NCBI RefSeq assembly: GCF_000012905.2
Contig: NC_007494.2
Location: 570,001-602,000, forward strand
Length of the DNA: 32,000 bases
DNA from: Cereibacter sphaeroides 2.4.1
Lineage (GTDB): Bacteria > Pseudomonadota > Alphaproteobacteria > Rhodobacterales > Rhodobacteraceae
Direction: 5' to 3'
Shown here: piece by piece, positions 7,870 through 16,785 of the stretch
How positions within the stretch are numbered: the stretch's first letter is position 1
Layout: every line of letters begins with the position of its first letter
The notes under the pieces: generated by a model
The model's input: the letters and a program-made list of their open reading frames with translations, nothing else
What the model was told of the DNA's origin: nothing
The model's database searches: none
Position numbers and translations under genes: made by a program

Positions 7870-9111
7870 TCAGGCCTTGCGCAGCTTCGCCTGCTCGAGC
7901 GACCAGTATTCCATGTCGAAGAGGTCGCCCTCGGAGATCGGCGTGAAGCGGCGGTAGGTTTCGGCCGCATTCACCACGCGGCTCGTCTGTTCGAGGAGAT
8001 CGCCCGCGATGCGCGCGGCCTTGCCATTGGCGCCCACGCCCCAGCCGCCGAGCCCCGGCACGAGGACCACGCGCGGCAGCGGATCGAGCATGATCTTCGC
8101 CTCGGAGGCGTTCGGCGCATTGCGGTCGAAATAGGCGCGGTACTCGGCCTCGAACGCATCGAGCGCCGCCTCGATCTCGGCCGGTCCGGCCGTGGGTTCG
8201 AGCAGCATGGGAAAGGGCTTCAGCCGGATCACATGGTCGGGCGTGGCCGTGCCGCGCCGGGCAAGCTCGGGCAGGTCCGCGCGACCGAGATAGCTGCGGA
8301 TCGAGGGCGAGGAGCGGAAGTCGAGCGACGGATCGGCCCCGAGCGCACCGCGCGCCGCCAGCGCCGCGCGCAGGTCCGCGGCCAGCCGCTCGGGCGCGGT
8401 CCCGTCGTTGGCCTCGGGCCCGGGCAGCGGCACGCCTCGGGCGGCAAGATGCTCCTCGGCCATCGTCACGAAGCCGATCATGCGCTCGTAGCTTTCGCGG
8501 GCCGTCTCGGCGAAGGTGAAGAGCCCGTGCTGTTCCAGCCAGAGCCCCTCCACCGAGGGGTCGCGCGCGAAGGCCTCCCGGCAGGCGTGGCTGAGCGCAT
8601 AGCCAGGCATCACATAGGGCACCCAGCCCACGCGCCCGCCGAAGAGCTCGGCCACCACCGGTTCCATGTCGGCCTGATCGGCTAGCGCGAGGATCGCGGT
8701 CGCATGGGTATGGTCGACGAAGGCCTGCGGCATGTAGGCATGAAGCAGCGCCTCGACCGACGGGGTGGGCGCCGCGGGATCGAGCAGATGGGCGCGCAGG
8801 AGGGCCACCATCTCCTCGTCGGACATCTGCGGCACGTCGCGGGTCTCGAGGAGCGGCGCGAGATGCATGGCGGGCAGGCCCGGCGCCTCGATGTCGCCCA
8901 GATCCCAGCCCGAGCCCTTCACATGGATGAGCATCCCCTCGGGCGAGGGGATCTTGACCGAAGTGTTGCCGCCACCGTGGAGGACGAGATCGGGATCCTG
9001 CCCGATCAGGCGCGAGCTGTAGACCCGGAGGCCCAGTTCCGCAGGCTCGCCCCGCGCCCGGGCTTCGGCGGCGAAGGTCTCCGCCTCGGTGTCGTTCCAG
9101 CGGCTCTGCAT
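7870..9111 (-). CDS. class II aldolase/adducin-domain protein, 413 aa, last gene of the lsrACDB transcription unit
   Basis: MQSRWNDTEAE...LVLHGGGNTSVK...FVDHTHATAILA...LWLEQHGLFTF resembles the N-terminal module of rhizobial-type bifunctional rhamnulose-1-phosphate aldolase/dehydrogenases. RBS AGGGAGA. Lies 63 nt downstream of lsrB on the same strand. Confidence 0.85.
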   Translation of the reverse strand: MQSRWNDTEAETFAAEARARGEPAELGLRVYSSRLIGQDPDLVLHGGGNTSVKIPSPEGMLIHVKGSGWDLGDIEAPGLPAMHLAPLLETRDVPQMSDEEMVALLRAHLLDPAAPTPSVEALLHAYMPQAFVDHTHATAILALADQADMEPVVAELFGGRVGWVPYVMPGYALSHACREAFARDPSVEGLWLEQHGLFTFAETARESYERMIGFVTMAEEHLAARGVPLPGPEANDGTAPERLAADLRAALAARGALGADPSLDFRSSPSIRSYLGRADLPELARRGTATPDHVIRLKPFPMLLEPTAGPAEIEAALDAFEAEYRAYFDRNAPNASEAKIMLDPLPRVVLVPGLGGWGVGANGKAARIAGDLLEQTSRVVNAAETYRRFTPISEGDLFDMEYWSLEQAKLRKA

Positions 9112-9131
9112 GGCATTCTCCCTGTCATGGG

Positions 9132-9176
9132 GCGGGGGCGCCTGAGGCGCCCCCGCGATCCGAGGCCCTGGGCCTC
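9132..9176 (-). promoter_or_regulatory. two tandem GC-rich hairpins in the lsrB-aldolase spacer
   Basis: GCGGGGGCGCC-TGA-GGCGCCCCCGC (9132-9156, 11-bp stem) and GAGGCC-CTG-GGCCTC (9162-9176, 6-bp stem overlapping the lsrB stop). No U-tract follows either, so a stabiliser or partial attenuator is more likely than a full terminator. Confidence 0.5.
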
Positions 9177-10191
9177 AGAAGTCGAAATTGTCGATGTTCT
9201 CGGCGGTGAAGACAGTGCGCTCGGGCAGCAGGATGATGCCGTTGCCCTCGGCCTCGTAGTCGTAGCCCTGCACCGAGTTGGGCGAAACCTCGACCGAGCC
9301 GATGCCCGGCACTTCGAGGCTATCGCCCACATTGAGCGGGCCGTCCTTCAGCACATGCGCGGCCACAGCGACCGAGATGGCCCCCTGCTGCGTCACGTCC
9401 CAGAGGCCGAACCGCTCGACGGTGCCGCGCTTGACATAGGGGCGCATCACGTTCGGCGTCGAGAAGCCCACGATCGTCACCTCGCCCGCCCGGCCGAGGT
9501 TCTCGGCCGCCTGCGCCGAGGCCGGCAGCGCGTTCGCGTCGGGCGCGATGATCGCATCGAGATCGGGATAGGCGCTCAGGATGCTCTCGGCCGTCTGCAG
9601 CGACTTCTGCGCGTCGTTGTAGCCATACTGGGTGGTCACGATCTCCCAGCCCGGATGGTCGGCCGCGATCCTGGCCTTGGCGGCCTCGGCCCAGGCGTTC
9701 TGGTCGGTGACGGTCGGCGAGGAATAGAAGAAGGCCACCTTGGCCTTTTCCTTGCCCTCGAGCCCGTCATTGGCCATGTCGACCAAAAGGCCGCCGAGCT
9801 GCTCGGGCGTGCCCTGGTTGATGTAGTAGGAGCGGCAGTCGGGGTTCACGTCGCTGTCCCAGGTCATCACCAGCACGTCGCGGGCCATGGCCTGCTTCAG
9901 CGCGGGGCAGAGCCCGTCCGGCGAGACCGACGAGAGCACGATGGCCCCGTAGCCCTGATTGACGAAGTTGTTCACGAACTGGACCTGCCCCGAGACGCTG
10001 GGCTCGGTCGGGCCGTCGTAGGTCACCTTGACGCCCAGCTCCTCGCCCATCTTCATCGCGCCGTTGCCGCCCGAGGTGAAGAAGCCCACCCCGACCAGCT
10101 TCGGGATGAAGGCGATCTCCTGCGCGGCCGCCACATTGGCCGCCATCAGTCCTGCGGCAACCGTGCCGAGCAGCCTCACCGTCTTACGCAT
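9175..10191 (-). CDS. lsrB: autoinducer-2 ABC transporter periplasmic binding protein LsrB, 338 aa
   Basis: Signal peptide, then long runs that match enteric LsrB as I recall it: [134 protein letters not shown]. The AI-2-contacting DSD, TDQN and APDANA segments are present. Confidence 0.95.
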   Translation of the reverse strand: MRKTVRLLGTVAAGLMAANVAAAQEIAFIPKLVGVGFFTSGGNGAMKMGEELGVKVTYDGPTEPSVSGQVQFVNNFVNQGYGAIVLSSVSPDGLCPALKQAMARDVLVMTWDSDVNPDCRSYYINQGTPEQLGGLLVDMANDGLEGKEKAKVAFFYSSPTVTDQNAWAEAAKARIAADHPGWEIVTTQYGYNDAQKSLQTAESILSAYPDLDAIIAPDANALPASAQAAENLGRAGEVTIVGFSTPNVMRPYVKRGTVERFGLWDVTQQGAISVAVAAHVLKDGPLNVGDSLEVPGIGSVEVSPNSVQGYDYEAEGNGIILLPERTVFTAENIDNFDF

Positions 10192-10225
10192 CTGTTCTCC
10201 TCCTCCGTTGATCGTCTGGCCGCGG

Positions 10226-11209
10226 TCAGTCGGCCCGCCGCAGCCGCACCGGTATGAAGTCCCGCAGCAGCTCGGCGCCGTGGCGCAGGGCGACGACGAG
10301 GACCAGCAGCGCCCCGGACAGCGCGCTGGAAATCTGGCTCGGCACGCCGCTCATCTGCAGGCCCTGCTGGAGGTAGCCGATGATGAAGGTGGCGATGATC
10401 GTGCCGAGGACGGAGCCCTGCCCGCCGTAGATCGAGGCACCGCCAAGGACGGCCGCGGTGATCGCGGGCAGCAGCGTGGCGCTGCCGAGATCGACGCGGG
10501 CCGAGCCGAAATAGGCCGAGAGCATCAGCCCCGCGAGGGCGGCGGCAAGGCCGGTCAGGACATAGGTCACGAGCTGCACGCGGAAGACGGGCATCCCGGA
10601 ATGGCGCGCGGCCTCGGCGTTCTGGCCGATCTGGAACACGAGCCGACCGAACCGGGTCAGGTGCAGGAGCACGAGAAGTACCGCCGCGAAGACGAGGAAG
10701 ACGACGAGCGGCATCGGCAGGCCCAGCACTTGGGCATAGCCGAGCGCGGTGAAGGTCTCGGGAAAGCCGCCGATCCCCTCGTAGCCGCTGGCGCCCACGA
10801 CGCCCGACAGGACCGTCGCCGCGCCCGAGAACATGTAGAGCGAGCCCAGCGTCACCACGAGCGGCTGCAGCCGGGTGAGCCGGATGATCGTCGCATTGAG
10901 CAGCCCCGCCGCGGCGCCGGTGGCCAGACCCACGGCCAGCGACAGGGGCAGCGGAAGGCCGAAGAAGTTGGCGATGCCGAAGGCGATGGCCGCGAGGCCC
11001 ACGGTCGAGGCGAAGCTCACGTCGATGCCGCCTGCGATGATGACGAGCGTCAGCGGCACCGCCACGATCCCCACCTGCACGAAATCCGAGGTGCCGAAGA
11101 GAAGCGACGAGGGTCTGAGGAAGCGCGGGTTGATCATGCCGAAGATGGCAAGCTCGGCCAGCAGGATCAGGAGGAGCAGCACCTCCCAGCGCATCAGATG
11201 GCGGTTCAT
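10226..11209 (-). CDS. lsrD: AI-2 ABC transporter permease LsrD, 327 aa
   Basis: Long ORF 10226..11800(-) trimmed to [30 protein letters not shown], whose ATG at 11207-11209 overlaps the lsrC stop as ATGA. Matches LsrD throughout ([41 protein letters not shown]). Confidence 0.9.
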   Translation of the reverse strand: MNRHLMRWEVLLLLILLAELAIFGMINPRFLRPSSLLFGTSDFVQVGIVAVPLTLVIIAGGIDVSFASTVGLAAIAFGIANFFGLPLPLSLAVGLATGAAAGLLNATIIRLTRLQPLVVTLGSLYMFSGAATVLSGVVGASGYEGIGGFPETFTALGYAQVLGLPMPLVVFLVFAAVLLVLLHLTRFGRLVFQIGQNAEAARHSGMPVFRVQLVTYVLTGLAAALAGLMLSAYFGSARVDLGSATLLPAITAAVLGGASIYGGQGSVLGTIIATFIIGYLQQGLQMSGVPSQISSALSGALLVLVVALRHGAELLRDFIPVRLRRAD

Positions 11210-12216
11210 GCGGCATCCTCCAGATCGCGGGCGGGCGAGATCCTGTGGCTCGAGCGGCGGTAGCGCGCTGCGCGGTCTCGGGCCTCGAGCGCGATGCGCA
11301 GCCGCCCGTCGATCAGGAGAACGGCAAGCAGCATGGCGCCGCCGATCAGGTCGTTCCAGTAGGCGGGGATGCGCAGGAAGACGAGCGAGGTGTCGATCGA
11401 GGTGAAGAAGATCACGCCGATCACCACGCCCGCCACGGTGCCCACGCCGCCCAGAAGGCTGACCCCGCCCAGCACCAGCGCCGCGATGGCGCGCAGCTCG
11501 ATCCCGCTGCCGGCCTGGTTCGGCACGAAGCCGATCTGTGCCGCGAAGGCGATGCCCGCCAGCGCATACATCGCGCCACCCCAGACGAAGACCAGAAACT
11601 CGATCCACTTCACCGGCAGGCCCAGATGGTGCGCGGCCGCGCGGTTGTCGCCGGTGACGAAGACCCAGCCGCCCCGGCGCGAGCGGAGGAACAGCCAGAC
11701 GGCGACAATGGCCGCGGCCGTCACCATGCCCATCACCGAGAGGCCCGCGAAGGACTTGGCGCCGAGCGCCTTCAGATCCTCGGGCAGATCCTCGATCCAT
11801 TCGCCGCCCGTGGCGATCAGCATCACGCCGCGGAAGAGACCGAGCGTGCCGAGCGTCGCCACGATCGAGGGCACGCGCAGCACGGCGACGAGAAGCCCGC
11901 TCAGCGCCCCGGCAAGGATGCCCGTCCCCACCGCCGCGGCGGAGGCCAGCGGCAGCGGCAGGCCCTGGTTCAGCGTGAGGCCCAGCGTGACGGCCGAGAG
12001 GCCCAGCACCGATCCCCCCGAGACGTCGATGTTGCGCGTGAGGATGACGGGGAAGATCCCCAGCGCCACCAGCATGAGGACGAGGCCGTTCGACCAGATG
12101 ATGCCGGCGGTGCGGACCGAGAGGAACCCCGGTGCGGCCGCGCCCACGGCCAGAAGGACGAGGACGGTCACGATGAAGAGCGTCGCGACCCGGTCGCGGG
12201 CGATGCGGTCAAGCAT
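11206..12216 (-). CDS. lsrC: AI-2 ABC transporter permease LsrC, 336 aa
   Basis: Starts MLDRIARDRV at 12214-12216, an 8-nt overlap with the lsrA end. LsrC-like blocks: LTRNIDVSGGS, IVATLGTLGLFRGVMLIATGGEWIEDLPEDLK, TGDNRAAAHHLG, AQIGFVPNQAGSGIELRAIAA, LRIPAYWNDLIGG. Confidence 0.9.
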   Translation of the reverse strand: MLDRIARDRVATLFIVTVLVLLAVGAAAPGFLSVRTAGIIWSNGLVLMLVALGIFPVILTRNIDVSGGSVLGLSAVTLGLTLNQGLPLPLASAAAVGTGILAGALSGLLVAVLRVPSIVATLGTLGLFRGVMLIATGGEWIEDLPEDLKALGAKSFAGLSVMGMVTAAAIVAVWLFLRSRRGGWVFVTGDNRAAAHHLGLPVKWIEFLVFVWGGAMYALAGIAFAAQIGFVPNQAGSGIELRAIAALVLGGVSLLGGVGTVAGVVIGVIFFTSIDTSLVFLRIPAYWNDLIGGAMLLAVLLIDGRLRIALEARDRAARYRRSSHRISPARDLEDAA

Positions 12217-13684
12217 GGGCGGCCTCCCCGGCCTCGAAGGCGAGTTGGGCGATCTCGTCGGTCGAGGCGCCCGCCGGGAGCTCTCCCGCCAGATGCCCGC
12301 CGGCCATGACGGCGATCCGGTCGGCCAGCCGCCGCACCTCGTCGAAGTCGGACGAGATGAGCAGGACCGCGGTGCCCTGCTCGGCCAGATCCTCGATGAT
12401 GCGGTAGATGTCGTTGCGCGCGCCCACATCGACGCCGCGCGTGGGCTCGTCGAGGATCAGCACCTTGGGCGCGGCGGCGAGGCACTTGGCCAGGAGCACC
12501 TTCTGCTGGTTGCCGCCCGAGAGGCGGCCCACCGGCTGATCGGCCTCCTCGCAGCGGATGCCGAGCTGCGCGCGATACTGCTCGAACCGGCGCCTCTCGC
12601 GCCCGGGGCGCAGGAAGAAGGGCAGCGTGCCATGCACCAGCGACGAGACGTTCCAGTAGAGCGGCGCCTCGAGAAAGAGGCCGTATTGCTGGCGATCCTC
12701 GGAGAGATGCACGAGCCCCGCCCGCATGGCATCGGCCGGTCCGCGCGCGCGGAAATCACGGCCGCCCAGCGTGACGCTCCCGCCCGCGGGCGCGCGCAGG
12801 CCCACCAGCGTCTCGGCAAGCTCGGTCCGACCGGCGCCCACGACGCCGGTCAGCCCGAGGATCTCGCCCGGCCGGAGCGAGAGCGAGATCTCGACGAAGC
12901 CCTCGCCGCTCAGCCGGTCGAGCGTCAGCACCGGCGCCCCCGCAATCTCGCGCATCCGCTCGCGCGCATCGAGCGCGGTGACGCCCGGGCTCATGGCCGC
13001 GAGGATCTCGGCATCGGGGCTCGTCTCCATCGCCTCGGCGAAGACCACATGGCCGTCGCGGAGCACCGTGATCCGGTCGGCCACGGCGCGCAGTTCGTGC
13101 AGCTTGTGCGAGATGAAGACGAGGCCGTGGCCCTCGGCGCGCAGCGCGCGCATGTGGCCGAAGAGGGTCCTGACCTCGTGCGGCGTCAGCGCCGAGGTGG
13201 GCTCGTCGAGGATCAGCACCTTCGCCTCGCGCAGGAGCCCGCGCAGGATCTCGACGATCTGCCGGTCGGCGATCTCGAGCGTGGCGGCCTTGGCGTCGGG
13301 CGAGAGCGACACGCCGAGCTGCGCGATCAGCGCCTCGACCCGCGCGCGGTAGGCGCCTGCGGGCTTCGGCATCCCCACGGCGATGTTCTGCAGCACGGTC
13401 TGGTTCGGAAAGATGTGCGCTTCCTGCGGCACGAGATAGAGGCCCATGGCCTGCGCCTGTGCGGGCGTGGCGGGCACCAGCGGCGCACCGCCCAGCCGCA
13501 CCTCGCCGCCCGACGGTGCGACCAGCCCCGCGAGGATCTTCATCAGGGTCGACTTGCCCGCGCCATTGCCGCCCAGCAGCGCATGGATCTCGCCCGCGCG
13601 GACCGAGAAATGGACGCCCTTGAGCACGCGGACGGCCGCGTAGCTCTTCGAGACGGACCGCAGTTCGGCGAGCAGCTTGTCCAT
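12209..13684 (-). CDS. lsrA: AI-2 ABC transporter ATP-binding protein LsrA (two fused ATPase domains), 491 aa
   Basis: Sugar-type duplicated ABC ATPase. Walker A GGNGAGKST, signature LSGGNQQKV, Walker B LILDEPT in both halves. First gene of the minus-strand lsr operon. Confidence 0.92.
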   Translation of the reverse strand: MDKLLAELRSVSKSYAAVRVLKGVHFSVRAGEIHALLGGNGAGKSTLMKILAGLVAPSGGEVRLGGAPLVPATPAQAQAMGLYLVPQEAHIFPNQTVLQNIAVGMPKPAGAYRARVEALIAQLGVSLSPDAKAATLEIADRQIVEILRGLLREAKVLILDEPTSALTPHEVRTLFGHMRALRAEGHGLVFISHKLHELRAVADRITVLRDGHVVFAEAMETSPDAEILAAMSPGVTALDARERMREIAGAPVLTLDRLSGEGFVEISLSLRPGEILGLTGVVGAGRTELAETLVGLRAPAGGSVTLGGRDFRARGPADAMRAGLVHLSEDRQQYGLFLEAPLYWNVSSLVHGTLPFFLRPGRERRRFEQYRAQLGIRCEEADQPVGRLSGGNQQKVLLAKCLAAAPKVLILDEPTRGVDVGARNDIYRIIEDLAEQGTAVLLISSDFDEVRRLADRIAVMAGGHLAGELPAGASTDEIAQLAFEAGEAAHA

Positions 13685-13900
13685 AACGCCTCCTCACGTC
13701 GTGGCCCCGGCAGGACAGACGGTTGCCCGTTCATTTGTCCTTTGCCGTTACATTTTGTGCAAGACCATCACGATCTGTCAATCTCATTTTGCCAGATTTT
13801 CATGCTGCACCGCAGATAAACTCGGTGATTGACTTGTTCATATGTTTATTTGACAACTAATATGATCGTAGCCCAAGCGCGGCGGAAAGGGACGGCATCC
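13685..13900. promoter_or_regulatory. divergent lsrA / lsrR promoter-operator region, strongly AT-rich
   Basis: 216-bp gap between divergent genes. My hand count over 13731-13870 gives 53 G+C in 140 nt (about 38 percent) in an otherwise very GC-rich window. CATTTTG occurs at 13751-13757 and 13785-13791. TTGAC occurs at 13829-13833 and 13850-13854 (21-nt spacing), flanking a CATATG-centred partial palindrome. Confidence 0.6.
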
Positions 13901-14839
13901 ATGGCGGAACAGACCCGGAGCGACTTCGACGAAGCGCTCATGGCACGCGTGGCCTGGCTCTATTACAACGACGGGCTGACCCAGAACGAGGTGGGCGAGA
14001 TCCTCAACATCTCGCGCATCAAGGTCTCGCGGCTGCTCGATCAGGGGCGCAGCTCGGGCCTGATCCAGGTGCGGATCAACTCGCGTCAGCAGGGCTGTCT
14101 CGAGCTCGAGACCCGGATGAAGCGGGAATTCGGGCTAACCGACTGCCGGGTGATTCCCGAGAGCCCGGTGGAGGATGTGAACCTGCGCGTGGGTCAGGCG
14201 GCCGCGCAGTATCTCATGCAGAAGCTCGCCTTCGGCGAGACGATCTCGGTCGGCTGGGGCGAGACGGTGACCCACTCGATCCGGATGCTGGGCCACACCG
14301 CGCAGGAGCGCAGCATCGGGCTCTATTCCCTCACCGGCGGCGTGCAGACCTATGTCGAAGGGATGCGCGAGGCCAACTGGCATCGCAATGTGAACATCAT
14401 CCCCGCCCCGCTCGTGGTCTCGACCCCCGAGCTTGCCCGCGCGCTGATGCAGGAGCCCGCGATCGCGGCGCTCATGGCCCGCGCGCTCGAGGCCGACTAC
14501 AAGCTGGTGGGGATCGGCGGCCTCGGCGAAAGCGCCACCGTGGTCACGCAGGGCTATATCTCGGCGGGCGAGATCGACCCGCTGCGACGCGGCGGGGCGC
14601 GCGGCGACATCCTCTGCCGCTTCTACGACCGCCGCGGGCAGGACATCGGCGTGCCGCTGCACGAGCGTGTGGTGGGGGTCGATCTCGACCAGCTCCGCCG
14701 CTCCGAGCGCGTGATCGGCGCCGCGGGCGGGCCGGCCAAGACCGGCCCCATCCTCTCGGCCCTGCGCGGCGAGATCCTCGACATTCTCATCACCGACGAG
14801 CCCACGGCGCTCGCCCTTCTCGACGCGGCGGAGGCCTGA
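13901..14839 (+). CDS. lsrR: SorC/DeoR-type transcriptional repressor LsrR, 312 aa
   Basis: MAEQTRSDFDEALMARVAWLYYNDGLTQNEVGEILNISRIKVSRLLDQGRSSGLIQVRINS and NIIPAPL, GDILCRFYD, ILITDEPTA align with enteric LsrR as recalled. Start chosen at the ATG with an upstream AAAGGGA. In-frame ATG 13862 is an alternative. Confidence 0.9.
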   Translation: MAEQTRSDFDEALMARVAWLYYNDGLTQNEVGEILNISRIKVSRLLDQGRSSGLIQVRINSRQQGCLELETRMKREFGLTDCRVIPESPVEDVNLRVGQAAAQYLMQKLAFGETISVGWGETVTHSIRMLGHTAQERSIGLYSLTGGVQTYVEGMREANWHRNVNIIPAPLVVSTPELARALMQEPAIAALMARALEADYKLVGIGGLGESATVVTQGYISAGEIDPLRRGGARGDILCRFYDRRGQDIGVPLHERVVGVDLDQLRRSERVIGAAGGPAKTGPILSALRGEILDILITDEPTALALLDAAEA

Positions 14840-14842
14840 CCC

Positions 14843-16372
14843 ATGCCCTATTTCCTCGCCATCGACGCCGGAACCGGCAGCGGCCGCGCCGTCCTCTTCG
14901 ACGAGACCGGCGCCGAGATCGCGGCCTCGGGTCAGGAATGGTGGCATGTGGCCGACCCGCGCTACCCCGGCTCTATGGATTTCGACACCGAAGGCAACTG
15001 GGCCATTCTCGCCCGCTGCTGTCGCGAGGTGATCGCGCGGAGCGGCGTCGATCCCGCAGAGATCCGCGCGGTCAGCGCGACCGCCATGCGCGAGGCCTTC
15101 GTGCTGCATGACGCGACAGGCCGCGAGATCTGGGCCTGCGCCAATGTCGATGCCCGCGCGGGCGCCGAGGTGCGCGAGCTGAAGGAAGACCATCCGGGGC
15201 TTGAGGCTCAGATCTATGCGCGCTCGGGCCAGACCTACGCGCTCGGCGCGCTGCCGCGGCTGGCCTGGCTCCGCCGCCACGCACCCGAGACGCTGGCGCG
15301 GGCGCGCAGCCTCACCATGCTGTCCGACTGGATCCTCTACCGGCTCTCGGGCGAGCTGACGCTGGAGCCGTCGAACGGCGGCACCACCGGCCTTCTCGAT
15401 CTGCGCACCCGCGCGCCCCTGACCGACGCGCTGGCCACCGTGGGGCTGCCCACAGACCTCTTCCCGCGTGGCGTCACCACCGGCGAGGTGGTGGGCGAGG
15501 TGCAGACGGCGGCCGCCGCCGAGACCGGCCTCGCCCCCGGCACGCTGGTCGTGGCGGGCGGCGGCGATTGCCAGACGGGCGCGCTTGGCTTGGGCATCGT
15601 GCGCGAGGGCGACTGCGCCGTGCTCGGCGGCACCTTCTGGCAGCAGGTGGTCAATGTTCCGCTGACGCTCACCGATCCGACCATGAACCTGCGGATCAAC
15701 CCGCACATGGTGGCGGGCCTGAATCAGGCCGAGGCCATCAGCTTCTTCGTGGGCGCCGTGATGCGCTGGTTCCGCGACAGCTTCGGACAGGGCCGCGACT
15801 ATACCGCCCTCGAGGCGGATTCGATGCAGGTCCCTCCGGGGGCGCACGGGATCATTCCGATCTTCTCCGACGTGATGCGCTACGGCGACTGGTTCCACGC
15901 CGCGCCGTCGCTGCTGAACCTCTCGCTCGATCCGGCGGCCTCGGGGCCTGCCGCGATCTTCCGCGCCCTGCAGGAGAATGCGGCCATCGTCGCGCGGCGC
16001 AACCTCGAGAGCGTCTTCGCCCTCACCGGCCACCGGCCCGAGCGGCTGGTCTTCGCGGGCGGCGCCGCAAAATCGGCGCACTGGTCGCAGATCCTGGCCG
16101 ACGTCACCGGGCTCACCGTCGTCACGCCGGAGGTCAAGGAGGCCACCGCGCAGGGCTGCGCCTCGGCCGCGGCCACCGGTGCGGGCCATTTCGCCTCGCT
16201 CGCCGAGGCGGGCGGTGCCTGGATGCGGATCGACCGCACCTTCACGCCGGATCCCGCGCTCCGCCCGCTCTACGACGAGGCCGGCGACCGCTGGGCCCGC
16301 GCCTATGCCGCGCAGCGCGGCCTCGTGCAGGACGGCACCGCCACCGCCATGTGGCGCGCCCCCGGCACCTGA
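14843..16372 (+). CDS. lsrK: autoinducer-2 kinase LsrK (FGGY family), 509 aa
   Basis: YFLAIDAGTGSGRAVLFDETG, WACANVDARAGAEVRELK, SNGGTTGLLDLRTR, VLGGTFWQQVVNV, FVGAVMRWFRDSF, IIPIFSDVMRY, LVFAGGAAKSAHWSQILADVTGL, KEATAQGCA and MWRAPG match LsrK block for block. Confidence 0.93.
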   Translation: MPYFLAIDAGTGSGRAVLFDETGAEIAASGQEWWHVADPRYPGSMDFDTEGNWAILARCCREVIARSGVDPAEIRAVSATAMREAFVLHDATGREIWACANVDARAGAEVRELKEDHPGLEAQIYARSGQTYALGALPRLAWLRRHAPETLARARSLTMLSDWILYRLSGELTLEPSNGGTTGLLDLRTRAPLTDALATVGLPTDLFPRGVTTGEVVGEVQTAAAAETGLAPGTLVVAGGGDCQTGALGLGIVREGDCAVLGGTFWQQVVNVPLTLTDPTMNLRINPHMVAGLNQAEAISFFVGAVMRWFRDSFGQGRDYTALEADSMQVPPGAHGIIPIFSDVMRYGDWFHAAPSLLNLSLDPAASGPAAIFRALQENAAIVARRNLESVFALTGHRPERLVFAGGAAKSAHWSQILADVTGLTVVTPEVKEATAQGCASAAATGAGHFASLAEAGGAWMRIDRTFTPDPALRPLYDEAGDRWARAYAAQRGLVQDGTATAMWRAPGT

Positions 16373-16401
16373 CGATTCTCCCTTCCAGAAAGGACTAGGC
16401 C

Positions 16402-16710
16402 ATGCTGATCCAACTCGTGAACATCAAGGTGCAGGACGGCACCCGCGAGACCTTCCTCGAAGCCTTCCGGCTGAACTGCGACGGCACCCGGAAGGAGCCG
16501 GGCAACATCCGCTTCGATCTGCTGCACGACCCGGCGGACGAGAACAATTTCTTCGTCTACGAGATCTTCGAGAGCGAGGCGGCCCTCGATGCGCACCGGC
16601 AGACCGACCATTACCAAACCTGCGTGAAGATGATCGATCCGATCACGCTGGGCGGGCGCAGCAAGACCTATTTCACTCCCGTCCTGGTCCAGGAGCGGGC
16701 GTCGGCCTGA
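16402..16710 (+). CDS. lsrG: phospho-AI-2 isomerase LsrG (ABM/antibiotic-monooxygenase fold), 102 aa
   Basis: MLIQLVNIKVQDGTRETFLEAFRLNCDGTRKEPGNIRFDLLHDPADENNFFVYEIFESEAALDAHRQTDHYQTCV parallels E. coli LsrG. RBS AAAGGA. Confidence 0.9.
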   Translation: MLIQLVNIKVQDGTRETFLEAFRLNCDGTRKEPGNIRFDLLHDPADENNFFVYEIFESEAALDAHRQTDHYQTCVKMIDPITLGGRSKTYFTPVLVQERASA

Positions 16711-16748
16711 CGCCGGGCAGGCGGCCGCTCCGCCGTCTGCGCGCTGCC

Positions 16749-16785
16749 CGACCGGTCCCGGCTGCGGAGGATCCTCCGCAGCCGG
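16749..16785 (+). terminator. candidate intrinsic terminator after lsrG
   Basis: Perfect 26-nt palindrome CGGCTGCGGAGGATCCTCCGCAGCCG (16749-16774), followed by the T-containing GTCTTCTTG. The U-tract is weak. Confidence 0.5.

Noticed and set aside
13756-13772. A CRP-like half-site pair TGTGC-N7-TCACG in the lsr control region
   Set aside because: The spacer is 7 nt rather than the strict 6 nt of CRP sites and the half-sites are imperfect. It is kept only as part of the general operator region.
13829-13900. The longer LsrR start proposed by the ORF track (13829), and the in-frame ATG at 13862
   Set aside because: 13829 is not an ATG or GTG with an RBS, and the added residues (MTCSYVYLTTNMIVAQ...) lie in the AT-rich promoter region. 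Alignment with enteric LsrR as recalled begins near the ATG at 13901, which has an upstream purine-rich RBS.
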